Shown here: positions 50,495-59,713 of the stretch, in pieces | Layout: each line of letters starts with the position of its first letter | Position numbering within the stretch: the first letter of the stretch is position 1 | Source of the DNA: Candidatus Sericytochromatia bacterium | GTDB lineage: Bacteria; Cyanobacteriota; Sericytochromatia; S15B-MN24; UBA4093 | NCBI GenBank assembly: GCA_036676985.1 | Contig: JAKFBU010000067.1 | Location: forward strand, 1-64,000 | Length of the DNA: 64,000 nt | Direction: 5' to 3' | The notes under the pieces: generated by a model | The model's database searches: none | What the model was told of the DNA's origin: nothing | The model's input: the letters and a program-made list of their open reading frames with translations, nothing else | Program-made: the position numbers and the translations under genes

Positions 50495-51820
50495 TTACGG
50501 CTCGGGAGTTGGCTCCGCCTCGCGCTGGAGCACGGCCTCCCAGCGCCGGCCGGTGCGCGGGTCGAGCCACTGCATGCGCGTGAAGCCGATACCCGGCTCC
50601 AGCCACTCGCTCCAGGAGATCGTCTTGCCGTTCTGGACCCGGGCGAAGTCGACGCGCCAGGCACCGTCGACGTAACGGGCCCGGGCCGAGACGTCGGTGG
50701 CGGCGCGCCAGGTCTGGCCGTCCGCCAGGGGCAGCGGGTACTGGACCTGGGGCCGGTAGGCCGCCGAGAACTGGACGCCGGTGGGAGTCCGCTTCATCAG
50801 GAAGCGCATCTCGCGATCCGAGTGGCTCCAGCCGCTCTCCTCGCGGCCCGTGATGAGGACGCCGTTCGGCTTGGCGCTGACCTTGACGACCTCGCGCACC
50901 ATGGTGCCCGCGACCTGACCCTCCTCGTCCATGAGGTCGTAGGTCCAGCGCTGGCCCATGTCGGCCACGAAGAGCGAGAGGTCCGCCACCTGCAGGCTCG
51001 AGGTCGCCACGCTCGCTGTGGCCACCGACGGGGTGGCCACGGCCAGGCGGGGCAGCACGCTCGCAGTCGGCACGGGGGTGACGCTCGTCGTGGCGCTCGC
51101 GGTCGCGGCCGGGATGCGCGTCGCGAGCACCTCCGCCAGGGCGCGGGTGAGGATGGGATCCAGCCGGGCGATGGACTGGGCGGTGTCCAGCACCGTCCAC
51201 TGGCGGCCCAGGTTGGGCAGGTAGCTCGGGTCGTAGGCGCCGTCGCGGCCGCGGATGGCCTGGTCCACCGTCTCGGTGCCGCTCTGGATCTTGTCGTAGG
51301 GCAGGTGGACCAGCTCCTCGTAACGGAAGCGCTGGGCGATCTTGCTGGTGACGAGCGTGCTCGCGAGGGTGATGGAGAAGACGGGCGCCGTCTCGTCCGG
51401 GCTGCCGGCGAGCACCAGGGCCGTCATGGAGACGGTGCCGCCCGGCGCCTTGAACTCGGCGCGAATGGGCGTGAGGCGCCCCTGGGGCACGGCGAGGCTC
51501 GCGAAGCCGAGGTCGTCGGTGGTGTCCTGGGCATTGGTCTGGCCGTCGAGGAAGACCTTGGCGCCCACCACCGAACGATCGTCCAGGTGGCCGCCCGAGC
51601 GGGTAGCCTGCTCGGCGCTGTAGGGAGCGAGCGTCAGGCCCTGGGCCAGGCTCGCGGGGATGAGCACGCGGAAGCGGGCACGGACCATGCGCGTCCCTTG
51701 GGACGCCTCGGGCACGGTGCTGTCGCCGCTCAGGCCCATGAAGCCCGGCGCCTGGCAGCCCGTCAGGGCGATCAGGGCGAGGGCGATGGTCATGGATCGA
51801 CGCAAGGCCTGGGTGCGCAC
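50495..51820 (-). CDS. Hypothetical two-domain lipoprotein
   Basis: Lipobox LTGC, Thr/Ala/Ser linker, C-terminal GQRWTY...WLEPGIG domain; start uncertain. Confidence 0.75.
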   Translation of the reverse strand: MRTQALRRSMTIALALIALTGCQAPGFMGLSGDSTVPEASQGTRMVRARFRVLIPASLAQGLTLAPYSAEQATRSGGHLDDRSVVGAKVFLDGQTNAQDTTDDLGFASLAVPQGRLTPIRAEFKAPGGTVSMTALVLAGSPDETAPVFSITLASTLVTSKIAQRFRYEELVHLPYDKIQSGTETVDQAIRGRDGAYDPSYLPNLGRQWTVLDTAQSIARLDPILTRALAEVLATRIPAATASATTSVTPVPTASVLPRLAVATPSVATASVATSSLQVADLSLFVADMGQRWTYDLMDEEGQVAGTMVREVVKVSAKPNGVLITGREESGWSHSDREMRFLMKRTPTGVQFSAAYRPQVQYPLPLADGQTWRAATDVSARARYVDGAWRVDFARVQNGKTISWSEWLEPGIGFTRMQWLDPRTGRRWEAVLQREAEPTPEP

Positions 51821-51956
51821 GGGGTAGCTCCCACCAGAGGTCCGGGAGCGCTCAGCCATCGAGCGGTCAACCGAACCAAGTGATTGTAACGGAAGTCACA
51901 GCCTCCGGCAATCCGTAGCTACTATGTACCCGGTGAGCGGGCCACCGTACCGCCGG

Positions 51957-53201
51957 CTAGCGGCGGGCCAGGTCGAAGGTGGACAGCATGGTGTTCTGCA
52001 CCATGGCCTGCCGCATGGCTTCTTGGTGGTTGGGCGCCGAGAGCCGGATGAGCTCGTAGGCATCGACCATGCTGCCCACAGCGGGCTTGCCGTTGCCCTT
52101 CTGGAGAGCCGCCCAGAGCGGCTTGAACTCGATGGCGACGTCGTCCTTGCCGTCCTGGTGCGTGTCGTAGAGGTCCCAGAGGGCAGCACCCGTCCACCAC
52201 TCGTTGGAAGGTCCGCCGCACACGTCCGCGGGCACGTTCTCGATGCGGATGGGCGATCGCCGGGGCACCATGTACTGGAACTTGGCGTCGGGATCGTTGC
52301 GCTCGAGGCTCGCGGCCGCCGAGATGAAGCTAGCGAAGCCCTCGGACCAGGCGAGGTTGGTGGTGTAGCACTCGTCGATCTTGTGCTGCCCGCCGCCCAT
52401 GCGGCCGTTGATGCCGAGGTCATGGACCGCATGGCCGATCTCGTGCCCGTTCACGTCCCACCACTCGGGGTTGGAGAGGTTGACCGTCCCCCACGAGTAG
52501 AAGTTGCCCTGGGCGGGCCACTTGGTGTCGAGCTGGCGGTTCCACCAGGCGAGACCCACGCCCGAGCGCTCGAAGAGGGCCTGGACGCGGTTGTAGATCT
52601 CGTGGATCCAGGCGGACTGGGCGTTGGCCGTGCCGGCCACCAAGGACGTGGTGCCCACGTCCGTATCCTGATCGACCGAGAGCTCGGGGCCCTGGTAGCG
52701 GTCGTCGCGGATCTTCCAGCGGGAGTTGGCGAGCTGGTACTGGATGGAGACCTTCTTGCCCGCGAGGCTCCGGCGCTCGGCGGACTGGCTCCAGGCGCCG
52801 GCGGCATCCGTGAGCGCGCTCGCCACCTGCTTGCCGTCCACGAGCACGAGCACGGTGGCGTTGGCCACCGGTGCCTGCCGGCCCGCGAGGTTGGCGGCCT
52901 CGAAGCGGCCCGAGAGCTTGACGACGTCCGCCTCCAGGCGGTGGCCGAGGCGCTTGGCCGCAGTGCTCTTGGTGCCGAAGACCATGCCTTTGTTCGTCTT
53001 ACGGAGCGCCTCCGCCTCGAGCTTGGCGGTCATCAGGGAGAGCGATCGCACGCTCGGCACCAGGTCCTGGTCGTCGATGATCGTGCCCTGGGCGTACAGC
53101 GCCTCGGCGGCGTCCCTCGCCGGCTGGGAGGGCTGGAGGCCGCAGCTCGTCACGAGCGCGAGGGCGGAAAGGGCGGCGAAGACGCGGGTCCGGCGGGGCA
53201 T
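51957..53201 (-). CDS. Lipoprotein zinc metalloprotease (gluzincin-like)
   Basis: Lipobox VTSC, HEIGH, downstream AWSEGFA, ALWDLYD. Confidence 0.8.
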   Translation of the reverse strand: MPRRTRVFAALSALALVTSCGLQPSQPARDAAEALYAQGTIIDDQDLVPSVRSLSLMTAKLEAEALRKTNKGMVFGTKSTAAKRLGHRLEADVVKLSGRFEAANLAGRQAPVANATVLVLVDGKQVASALTDAAGAWSQSAERRSLAGKKVSIQYQLANSRWKIRDDRYQGPELSVDQDTDVGTTSLVAGTANAQSAWIHEIYNRVQALFERSGVGLAWWNRQLDTKWPAQGNFYSWGTVNLSNPEWWDVNGHEIGHAVHDLGINGRMGGGQHKIDECYTTNLAWSEGFASFISAAASLERNDPDAKFQYMVPRRSPIRIENVPADVCGGPSNEWWTGAALWDLYDTHQDGKDDVAIEFKPLWAALQKGNGKPAVGSMVDAYELIRLSAPNHQEAMRQAMVQNTMLSTFDLARR

Positions 53202-53234
53202 GGCGCATCCTTTCTTCAAAAGCGAATTAAGGAT

Positions 53235-53264
53235 ATTTTAAGCTTTGGTAAAGCCAGCCGTCAA
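53235..53264 (-). promoter_or_regulatory. Sigma70-like promoter of the protease gene
   Basis: Minus strand TTGACG-N18-TAAAAT in an AT-rich spacer. Confidence 0.5.
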
Positions 53265-53337
53265 CCGATCGTTTCGCCGGGTTAGCGGGGCGGGCGCCGG
53301 GGGGTAGAATGGAGCGTCCCCACCGCGTGAGGCAGCG

Positions 53338-54114
53338 ATGTTCGATTCCTCCGATCCCTTCGACGAACCCCAGGTGCGCCTGGGCATGGCCTATGCCGCC
53401 TCGGGCTCCCGCGCCGAGGCGATCGCCGCCTACTACCGCGCCCTGCATGACAATGCCGACTCCTTTGGCGCGCACTTCCTGCTGGGGGTGGCCGCCGTCG
53501 AGGACGCCCAGTGGGAGGAGGCCTTCCGGCACTTCGTGGCCGCCATCGACCGGGCTCCGGCCCATGCGGAGCCTTACAACAACCTGGGCGTGGTCTACTT
53601 CCACCAGGGGGACCTGCCGAGCGCCCGTACGTGCTTCGAACGAGCCCTCAGCGTCCGGCCCCGCTTCGCGGACGCGGTGACGAACCTCGGCATCTACTAC
53701 CTGGCCTCCGGGCGGGCCGTCGAGGCGCGCACCTGCTTCGAGCGGGCCGTGGCCCTCTCGGCGCGCTCGGCCTCTGCCTACAACAACCTGGGCGTGAGCC
53801 TTTTTCGAGCAGGGCAGTTCGACGACGCCACGGCGTGTTTCGAGCGTTCCATCGCCCTGGACGCCCAGCTCGCAGCCCCCCTGCGCAACCTCGCGCACAT
53901 TTACCTGTGCAAGGGCCAGGACGCCGAGGCCCAGAGCTGCTACGGCCGGTCGGCGGTGGTGCGCCGCCGGGCGGCCTATCGGCTCGATCCCTTCGACGTG
54001 CTGTTGCCCATGGCCGAACGACTAGGCGCCGCCCCGGAGGACGACGCCTATGAACCCGATGAGGAGGTGGTGGTCTACGAGCTCGACGAGTCGGACCTGG
54101 ATCCCGAGCTCTAG
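53338..54114 (+). CDS. TPR protein with acidic tail
   Basis: Repeated YNNLG / TNLG TPR units. Confidence 0.88.
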   Translation: MFDSSDPFDEPQVRLGMAYAASGSRAEAIAAYYRALHDNADSFGAHFLLGVAAVEDAQWEEAFRHFVAAIDRAPAHAEPYNNLGVVYFHQGDLPSARTCFERALSVRPRFADAVTNLGIYYLASGRAVEARTCFERAVALSARSASAYNNLGVSLFRAGQFDDATACFERSIALDAQLAAPLRNLAHIYLCKGQDAEAQSCYGRSAVVRRRAAYRLDPFDVLLPMAERLGAAPEDDAYEPDEEVVVYELDESDLDPEL

Positions 54115-55586
54115 ATCACGAACTCCAGGGCGGCCTTGGGCCGCGCGTCGAACTCTTCCTTGTAGCGGGCCATGTCGGGACGACCGAGATTCCCGAACAT
54201 GAACTTCTTGTACTCCTCGACGCCCGGCTGATCGAGCGGGTTGATGCCCATCAGGTAGCCCTCGGCGAGGGTCGCGAGCTCGAACATGTAGAGGAGCTGA
54301 CCCAGGGTGAAGGCGTTGAGCTGGGGGATGAGCACGTTCATGCTCGGCCGGCCGGCCTTGGCGTAGGCGTAGGCCGTCCCCTGGGCGGCGCCAATCACCA
54401 TGTCCGAGAGGTGCTTGTCGGCCACGTAGTTCAGGCCGTCCTCGTCCGCTTCGAGGCGAGGCACCACCACGTCGTAGTCGGGCGACTGGAGGAGCAGGTT
54501 GGTGACGACGGTGTTGCGCAGCCCCTCCTGGATCTCCTGGCCGCGCGAGTGCAGGTCCCGGGTGTTGACCGTCGAGATGGGGATGCGCCCCTGCTCGTCC
54601 TTGCCCAGGCTCTCGGCGCACAGCTGGTCGTACCAGAAGGTGAAGTACTCGAGCCGCTTGGTCCACGCGGCCATGATCGAGATGGGCCGGCGGGCCTTGT
54701 AGGAGAGGTACTGTAGGGCCGCGTAGGTGTAGGCGATGTTCGCGTGCAGGTCGGGATTCTTGCAGCGATCGGCCATGTAGCGGGCACCGGCGACCAGCGC
54801 CCGGATGTCGACGCCCGACACCGCGGCGGGCAGGAGGCCGACGGCGGTCAGCACCGAGAAGCGGCCGCCCACGTCGTCGGGAATGGGGAAGGTCTGGTAG
54901 CCTTCGGCGTCCGCGATGGCCTTGAGCTTGCCCTTCTTGGCGTCGGTGGTGGCGATGAGGTACTCGGCGTGGTTCTCGCCGTAGACCTGCTCGAGGCGCT
55001 GCTTGAAGAAGCGGAAGGCGACGGCCGTCTCGAGGGTGGTTCCGGACTTGGAGATGACGTTGACCGTGAAGGCGTCGTCGACGGACTCCGGCGTGCTGGT
55101 GGGCAGCAGGTTCATGAGGGCGTGCATGGTGTCGGGGTCGACGGCGTTGCCCTCGTAGTAGATCTTGGGGCGGCCGTTGCGCTGGGCCCGGGTCAGCTCG
55201 CTGCGGTAGGGGTTCTTGAGCGCCTCGATGACGGCCCGAGCGCCGAGGTAGGACCCGCCGATGCCGAGCACCACGTGGCGATCGCCCAGCGCCGCCAGGC
55301 GATCGGCCGCGTCGACGATGGCGTCGAGCTCGTCCGCGCTCTGATAGGGCAGATCAAGGAAGCCGAGGAAGTCGTTGCCCCGCCCCGTCCGCTCGGTGAT
55401 CTGCCGATGCACGTCCAACATGCGGTGCTGCATGCCCCAGACGTCCTCGGCCTTGAGGCCTTCCGCCGATCCGAGCGCGGCGTCGAGCATGTTGTTGAAG
55501 TCCAGCTTGAGCGACATGCTGCGCTGCCAGGCGGGATCCAAGTAGTACGAGGCGTTCTCAGAGGCGGTCGAGGTTGAATTCTGCAT
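54111..55586 (-). CDS. pgi: Glucose-6-phosphate isomerase
   Basis: GIGGSYLG, ISKSGTTLET, VGGRFSV, AESLGK, DQPGVEEYK. Confidence 0.96.
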   Translation of the reverse strand: MQNSTSTASENASYYLDPAWQRSMSLKLDFNNMLDAALGSAEGLKAEDVWGMQHRMLDVHRQITERTGRGNDFLGFLDLPYQSADELDAIVDAADRLAALGDRHVVLGIGGSYLGARAVIEALKNPYRSELTRAQRNGRPKIYYEGNAVDPDTMHALMNLLPTSTPESVDDAFTVNVISKSGTTLETAVAFRFFKQRLEQVYGENHAEYLIATTDAKKGKLKAIADAEGYQTFPIPDDVGGRFSVLTAVGLLPAAVSGVDIRALVAGARYMADRCKNPDLHANIAYTYAALQYLSYKARRPISIMAAWTKRLEYFTFWYDQLCAESLGKDEQGRIPISTVNTRDLHSRGQEIQEGLRNTVVTNLLLQSPDYDVVVPRLEADEDGLNYVADKHLSDMVIGAAQGTAYAYAKAGRPSMNVLIPQLNAFTLGQLLYMFELATLAEGYLMGINPLDQPGVEEYKKFMFGNLGRPDMARYKEEFDARPKAALEFVI

Positions 55587-55650
55587 GAACGGGGCCTTTC
55601 TGAATGAGACGCACGGTTGCGTTCTGAAAGCAGTTGGCTTACAGTTTTGG

Positions 55651-55666
55651 ACTTGTCTAGACATGG
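55651..55666. promoter_or_regulatory. Candidate GntR/HutC-family operator
   Basis: ACTTGTCTAGACATGG with perfect core TGTCTAGACA between divergent pgi and pfkA. Confidence 0.5.
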
Positions 55667-55756
55667 GCGCGACGAGGGGCCCCGTCTTTCGTACGGATCA
55701 TAGCTAACGGACCGCTCGGATGGCAAACGGTCGGTCCCCGGAGGACATTTTTCACC

Positions 55757-56842
55757 ATGACCAAGCGCATCGCAATCTCGACCGGCGGTGGGGATGCCCC
55801 TGGCCTCAACGCCGTCATCCGGGCCGTCACCAAGATGGCCATCTCCGAGTACGGCTGGGAGGTGGTGGGCATCCGGGACGGCTTCGACGGCCTCCTCAAG
55901 CCCGACCTCATCATGCCCCTCGGTCTGGACGACATCCGCGGCATCATCGCCCGGGGCGGGACCATCCTGGGCACCACCAACCGCGGCAACCCCTTCAAGT
56001 ACCCGGTCCTCGAGAACGGCCAGACCGTCCTCAAGGACGTGTCGGACGACGTCATGCGGCGCTACCATGACCTGGGCCTCGACGCCTTGGTCCTCATCGG
56101 CGGCGATGGCACGCTCGGCATCGGCCACCAGCTCGCCCAGAAGGGCATGAACGTGGTCGGCGTCCCCAAGACCATCGACAATGACCTGGATTCGACGGAC
56201 ATCACCTTCGGCTTCGACACGGCGCTCATCACGGCCACCGAGGCCATCGACAAGCTCCTGACCACGGCCGAGAGCCATCACCGGGTCATGGTGCTCGAGG
56301 TCATGGGCCGGACCGCCGGCTGGATCGCCCTCGAGGCGGGCATCGCGGGCGCGGTCAACGTGATCCTCCTCCCGGAGATCCCCTTCGACATGGAGAAGGT
56401 GGCCCATGTCGTCTACGAGCGCTCGGAGGCGGGCAAGAGCTACTCCATCGTGGTGGTCGCCGAAGGTGCCGCCCCCTCGGGTGGCGAGGCCATGTACGCG
56501 GACTTCGATCCCTCCAAGGGCGTGGCGCGTCTGGGCGGCGTGGGCAACTGGGTCGGCAGCGAGATCGCCCGCCGCACCGGCCTCGAGACCCGCGTGACGG
56601 TGCTCGGCCACCTGCAGCGCGGCGGCACGCCGTCGCCCTTCGACCGGATCCTGGGGACGCGCCTCGGCGTGGCCGCGGCGCGGTGCATCCACGAGGGCAA
56701 GTTCGACCGGATGGTCTGCTTCCGCAACTGGCAGGTGACGTCGGTGCCGATGGAAGAGGCGCTCGATCGGCTGAAGCTGGTCGATCCCAACGGGGAGCTC
56801 GTCCTCACCGCCAAGGACACGGGCGTTTACTTCGGGGACTAA
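55757..56842 (+). CDS. pfkA: 6-phosphofructokinase
   Basis: GGGDAPGLN, GGTILGT, IGGDGT, PKTIDND, EVMGR, LGHLQRGG. Confidence 0.96.
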   Translation: MTKRIAISTGGGDAPGLNAVIRAVTKMAISEYGWEVVGIRDGFDGLLKPDLIMPLGLDDIRGIIARGGTILGTTNRGNPFKYPVLENGQTVLKDVSDDVMRRYHDLGLDALVLIGGDGTLGIGHQLAQKGMNVVGVPKTIDNDLDSTDITFGFDTALITATEAIDKLLTTAESHHRVMVLEVMGRTAGWIALEAGIAGAVNVILLPEIPFDMEKVAHVVYERSEAGKSYSIVVVAEGAAPSGGEAMYADFDPSKGVARLGGVGNWVGSEIARRTGLETRVTVLGHLQRGGTPSPFDRILGTRLGVAAARCIHEGKFDRMVCFRNWQVTSVPMEEALDRLKLVDPNGELVLTAKDTGVYFGD

Positions 56843-57354
56843 TCCGTTCCTCGCAAAGCGCCCTCGCCTTCGATCGTCGCCCTAGAGTGACGCAGGATGG
56901 CGAGGGCTTCTTGCTTCTTGTCGTGCGGCGGGTTCAGCATGAGGATGTAGTGCCGGTGCGTCAGACGTCGCCGGCTGGGCCGGAACTCCGCGGCGACGGC
57001 CCCCACCATGGCGCCCAGGATGGCGCCCGTGAGCAGCCAGCTCGTGACCACGCAGAGCTGTACCAGCCACTCGAGCCACGAGACGTGCATGGTGGTCGGC
57101 AAGGGCCACCAGACCAGGGCCGCGCCGAAGCCGAGCCCCAACAGGCCGCCCCCGATCTGCCCCCCCGTGATGAGCCGCTCGGCGCAGGCGTCCCTGGCAC
57201 GGGCCTGCTCCTCCTGGCACGCCGGGCAGTCCTCGTTGACGACCAGCGAGATGTGCTCGTCGTCCAGACCCTCCTCGCGAAGGCGCTTGTAGGCGCGTTC
57301 GGCAGCCTCGATCTCCGTGAAGGCCCCCGCGTAGCCAGACGATTCGGCGAACAT
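56839..57354 (-). CDS. Hypothetical two-TM membrane protein (general stress protein-like)
   Basis: SD GGAGG; F.....AERAY..L..EG...EHISLV N-terminus and two Gly-rich TM helices. Confidence 0.65.
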   Translation of the reverse strand: MFAESSGYAGAFTEIEAAERAYKRLREEGLDDEHISLVVNEDCPACQEEQARARDACAERLITGGQIGGGLLGLGFGAALVWWPLPTTMHVSWLEWLVQLCVVTSWLLTGAILGAMVGAVAAEFRPSRRRLTHRHYILMLNPPHDKKQEALAILRHSRATIEGEGALRGTD

Positions 57355-57504
57355 CGGCATCCTCCATGAGTGCGTGTGGGTCTGGTGTAGCACACGGCGA
57401 CGCGGCGGCACAACGAATGCTCTGCCCATCGAGGCAGCATTGGGCGTGGTAAACTGGGGCCACTGGGGGCAAGCAGCGCCCCGGCCCCCCTCTCGAGAGT
57501 CGCG

Positions 57505-58737
57505 ATGATACCCGTCGAACAAGCCATCCAGACCATCCTCGCCACCGTCCATCCGCTCGAACCCGTTTCCGTCCCGCTGCACGAGGCCCTCGGCCGTGTG
57601 CTCGCCGAGGACGTGGCCGCCCTGGACGACCTGCCGCCCTTCGACAACTCGGCCATGGACGGCTTCGCCGTCCGCGTGGCGGACCTTGAGGGGGCGAGCG
57701 CCGAGCGTCCCGTGGAGCTTGCGATCGCCTCCGAGGTCGCCGCGGGCACGCCCGCCGAGCAGGCCGTCCCCGCAGGAGCCGCCGTCCGGATCATGACGGG
57801 CGCGCCCACCCCGCCTGGCGCCGAGGCCGTGGTGCGGGTCGAGGACACCGAGGCTGCGGGCGATCGCGTCCGCATCAAGGTCACGGCCCCGGTGGGCGAC
57901 AACATCCGCCTGGCGGGCGAGGACGTGACCCGCGGCCAGCAGGTTCTCTCGGCGGGCATGGTCCTCAACCCGGCCCGGATCCAGATGGCCGCGGCCGTCG
58001 GTCGATCCGAGCTCCGGGTCACCCGGCCCGTGCGGGTGGGCATCCTCGCGACGGGCGACGAGCTCGTGGACCCGGGCGCACCCCTGGCACCCGGGCAGAT
58101 TCGCAACAGCAACGCCTACGGGCTCTACGCCCAGGTGCTCGCGGCGGGGGCCATCCCCGTTCCCCTGGGGGTCGCGAGGGACACCCGGCAGGACACCGAG
58201 GCCAAGCTCAAGGCCGGCCTCGAGCAGGCCGACGTGGTCGTCTCCTCGGGCGGGGTCTCCATGGGCGAGTACGATTACGTGGCCGCCGTCCTCAAGGAGC
58301 TCGGCACGGTCCACTTCACGGCGATCGCCCAGCAGCCCGGCAAGCCGCTCACCTACGCGACCGTCTCGGGCAAGCCCTTCTTCGGGCTGCCGGGCAACCC
58401 GGTCTCGACCATGGTCTCGTTCGAGCAGTACGTGCGCCCCGCCCTGCGCCGCATGATGGGCCACCGCGCCCTCTTTCGCCCGCAGGTCACGGCCGTCCTC
58501 ACCGAGGGGCTCCGCAGCCCCGCGGGCAAGGTGTCGTTCTTGCGCGCCGTGGTCGCCCGCCGGGCGGACGGGTTCGCGGCGGCCCTCACGGGCCCCCAGG
58601 GCTCCGGCATGATCCACTCGATGGTCGCGGCCAACGCGCTCCTCGTGATCCCCGCCGAGACCCGGCGCATGGAGGCCGGCGAGACGGTGACGGCCCTGCT
58701 CATCGAGCAGCCGGAGGAAGCCCATGACGGAGTTTAG
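57505..58737 (+). CDS. moeA: Molybdopterin molybdenumtransferase
   Basis: [38 protein letters not shown]. Confidence 0.96.
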   Translation: MIPVEQAIQTILATVHPLEPVSVPLHEALGRVLAEDVAALDDLPPFDNSAMDGFAVRVADLEGASAERPVELAIASEVAAGTPAEQAVPAGAAVRIMTGAPTPPGAEAVVRVEDTEAAGDRVRIKVTAPVGDNIRLAGEDVTRGQQVLSAGMVLNPARIQMAAAVGRSELRVTRPVRVGILATGDELVDPGAPLAPGQIRNSNAYGLYAQVLAAGAIPVPLGVARDTRQDTEAKLKAGLEQADVVVSSGGVSMGEYDYVAAVLKELGTVHFTAIAQQPGKPLTYATVSGKPFFGLPGNPVSTMVSFEQYVRPALRRMMGHRALFRPQVTAVLTEGLRSPAGKVSFLRAVVARRADGFAAALTGPQGSGMIHSMVAANALLVIPAETRRMEAGETVTALLIEQPEEAHDGV

Positions 58738-59200
58738 CCACTTCGACGAGTCGGGCCGCGCGCGCATGGTGGACGTGTCCGAGAAGACCGAGACCGTCCG
58801 CGAGGCCCGGGCCCGGGCGGTCGTGACCATGCGCCCCGAGACCCTCGCGATGATCCGCGAGGGCCGCCACGCCAAGGGTGACGTGCTCGCCGTGGCCCAG
58901 GTCGCGGGCATCATGGGGGCGAAGAAGACGTCGGATCTCATTCCCATGTGCCATCCTTTGCTGCTCGAAAGCGTGAAATTGGCCTTCGATTACGGTACAC
59001 AACACTTGGAGATCGTGGCCACGGCTCGCCTGACGGGCAAGACGGGGGTCGAGATGGAAGCGTTGACGGCCGCCACGGTGGCGGCGCTGACCGTGTACGA
59101 CATGTGCAAGGCCGTCGACAAGGACATGGTGATCGGCGACATCTGCCTGCTCTCGAAGACGGGCGGGAAGAGCGGTCCCTACGAACGGCAGGACGGGTAG
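58724..59200 (+). CDS. moaC: Cyclic pyranopterin monophosphate synthase
   Basis: [37 protein letters not shown]. Confidence 0.97.
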   Translation: MTEFSHFDESGRARMVDVSEKTETVREARARAVVTMRPETLAMIREGRHAKGDVLAVAQVAGIMGAKKTSDLIPMCHPLLLESVKLAFDYGTQHLEIVATARLTGKTGVEMEALTAATVAALTVYDMCKAVDKDMVIGDICLLSKTGGKSGPYERQDG

Positions 59201-59203
59201 ACG

Positions 59204-59713
59204 ATGGCCTATGCGGTCGGGATTCTGACCTTGAGCGACCAGGGCGCGAAGGGCGAACGCGAGGACAGGAGCGGTCAGGTGATCCGCGAGCTGCTAGCGT
59301 CGGACGCCTTTACCGTCGTGCGCGCCGAGATCCTGCCCGACGATCGCGCGACCATCGAGTCGACCCTGCGGTCGTGGGCGGACGAGGGCCTGGCGCTCGT
59401 CGTCACCACGGGCGGCACGGGCCTCGGCCCCCGGGACGTCACGCCCGAGGCCACCCGCGCGGTCGTCGAGTACGAGGTGCCCGGCATGGCCGAGGCCATG
59501 CGGGCCGCGGGGATGCAGAAGACGCCCATGGCCATGCTGAGCCGCGGGGTGGCGGGCGTGAGGGGCGGCACCCTCATCGTGAACCTGCCCGGCAGCCCCA
59601 AGGGCGTCAAGGAGAACCTGGAGGCCATCCTGACGGCACTGCCTCACGCGCTCGACATCCTGCGCGGCCGGGTGACGGACCATGCCCGCGTGCCGGGCTT
59701 CGAGACGCCATGA
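59204..59713 (+). CDS. mog: Molybdopterin adenylyltransferase (MogA/MoaB)
   Basis: TTGGTGLGPRDVTPEAT, LSRGVAG, NLPGSPK. Confidence 0.9.
   Translation: MAYAVGILTLSDQGAKGEREDRSGQVIRELLASDAFTVVRAEILPDDRATIESTLRSWADEGLALVVTTGGTGLGPRDVTPEATRAVVEYEVPGMAEAMRAAGMQKTPMAMLSRGVAGVRGGTLIVNLPGSPKGVKENLEAILTALPHALDILRGRVTDHARVPGFETP

Noticed and set aside
58948-59709. Apparent N-terminal extension of the BTAD regulator
   Set aside because: Overlaps moaC and mog; the MalT-like sequence starts at 59710.
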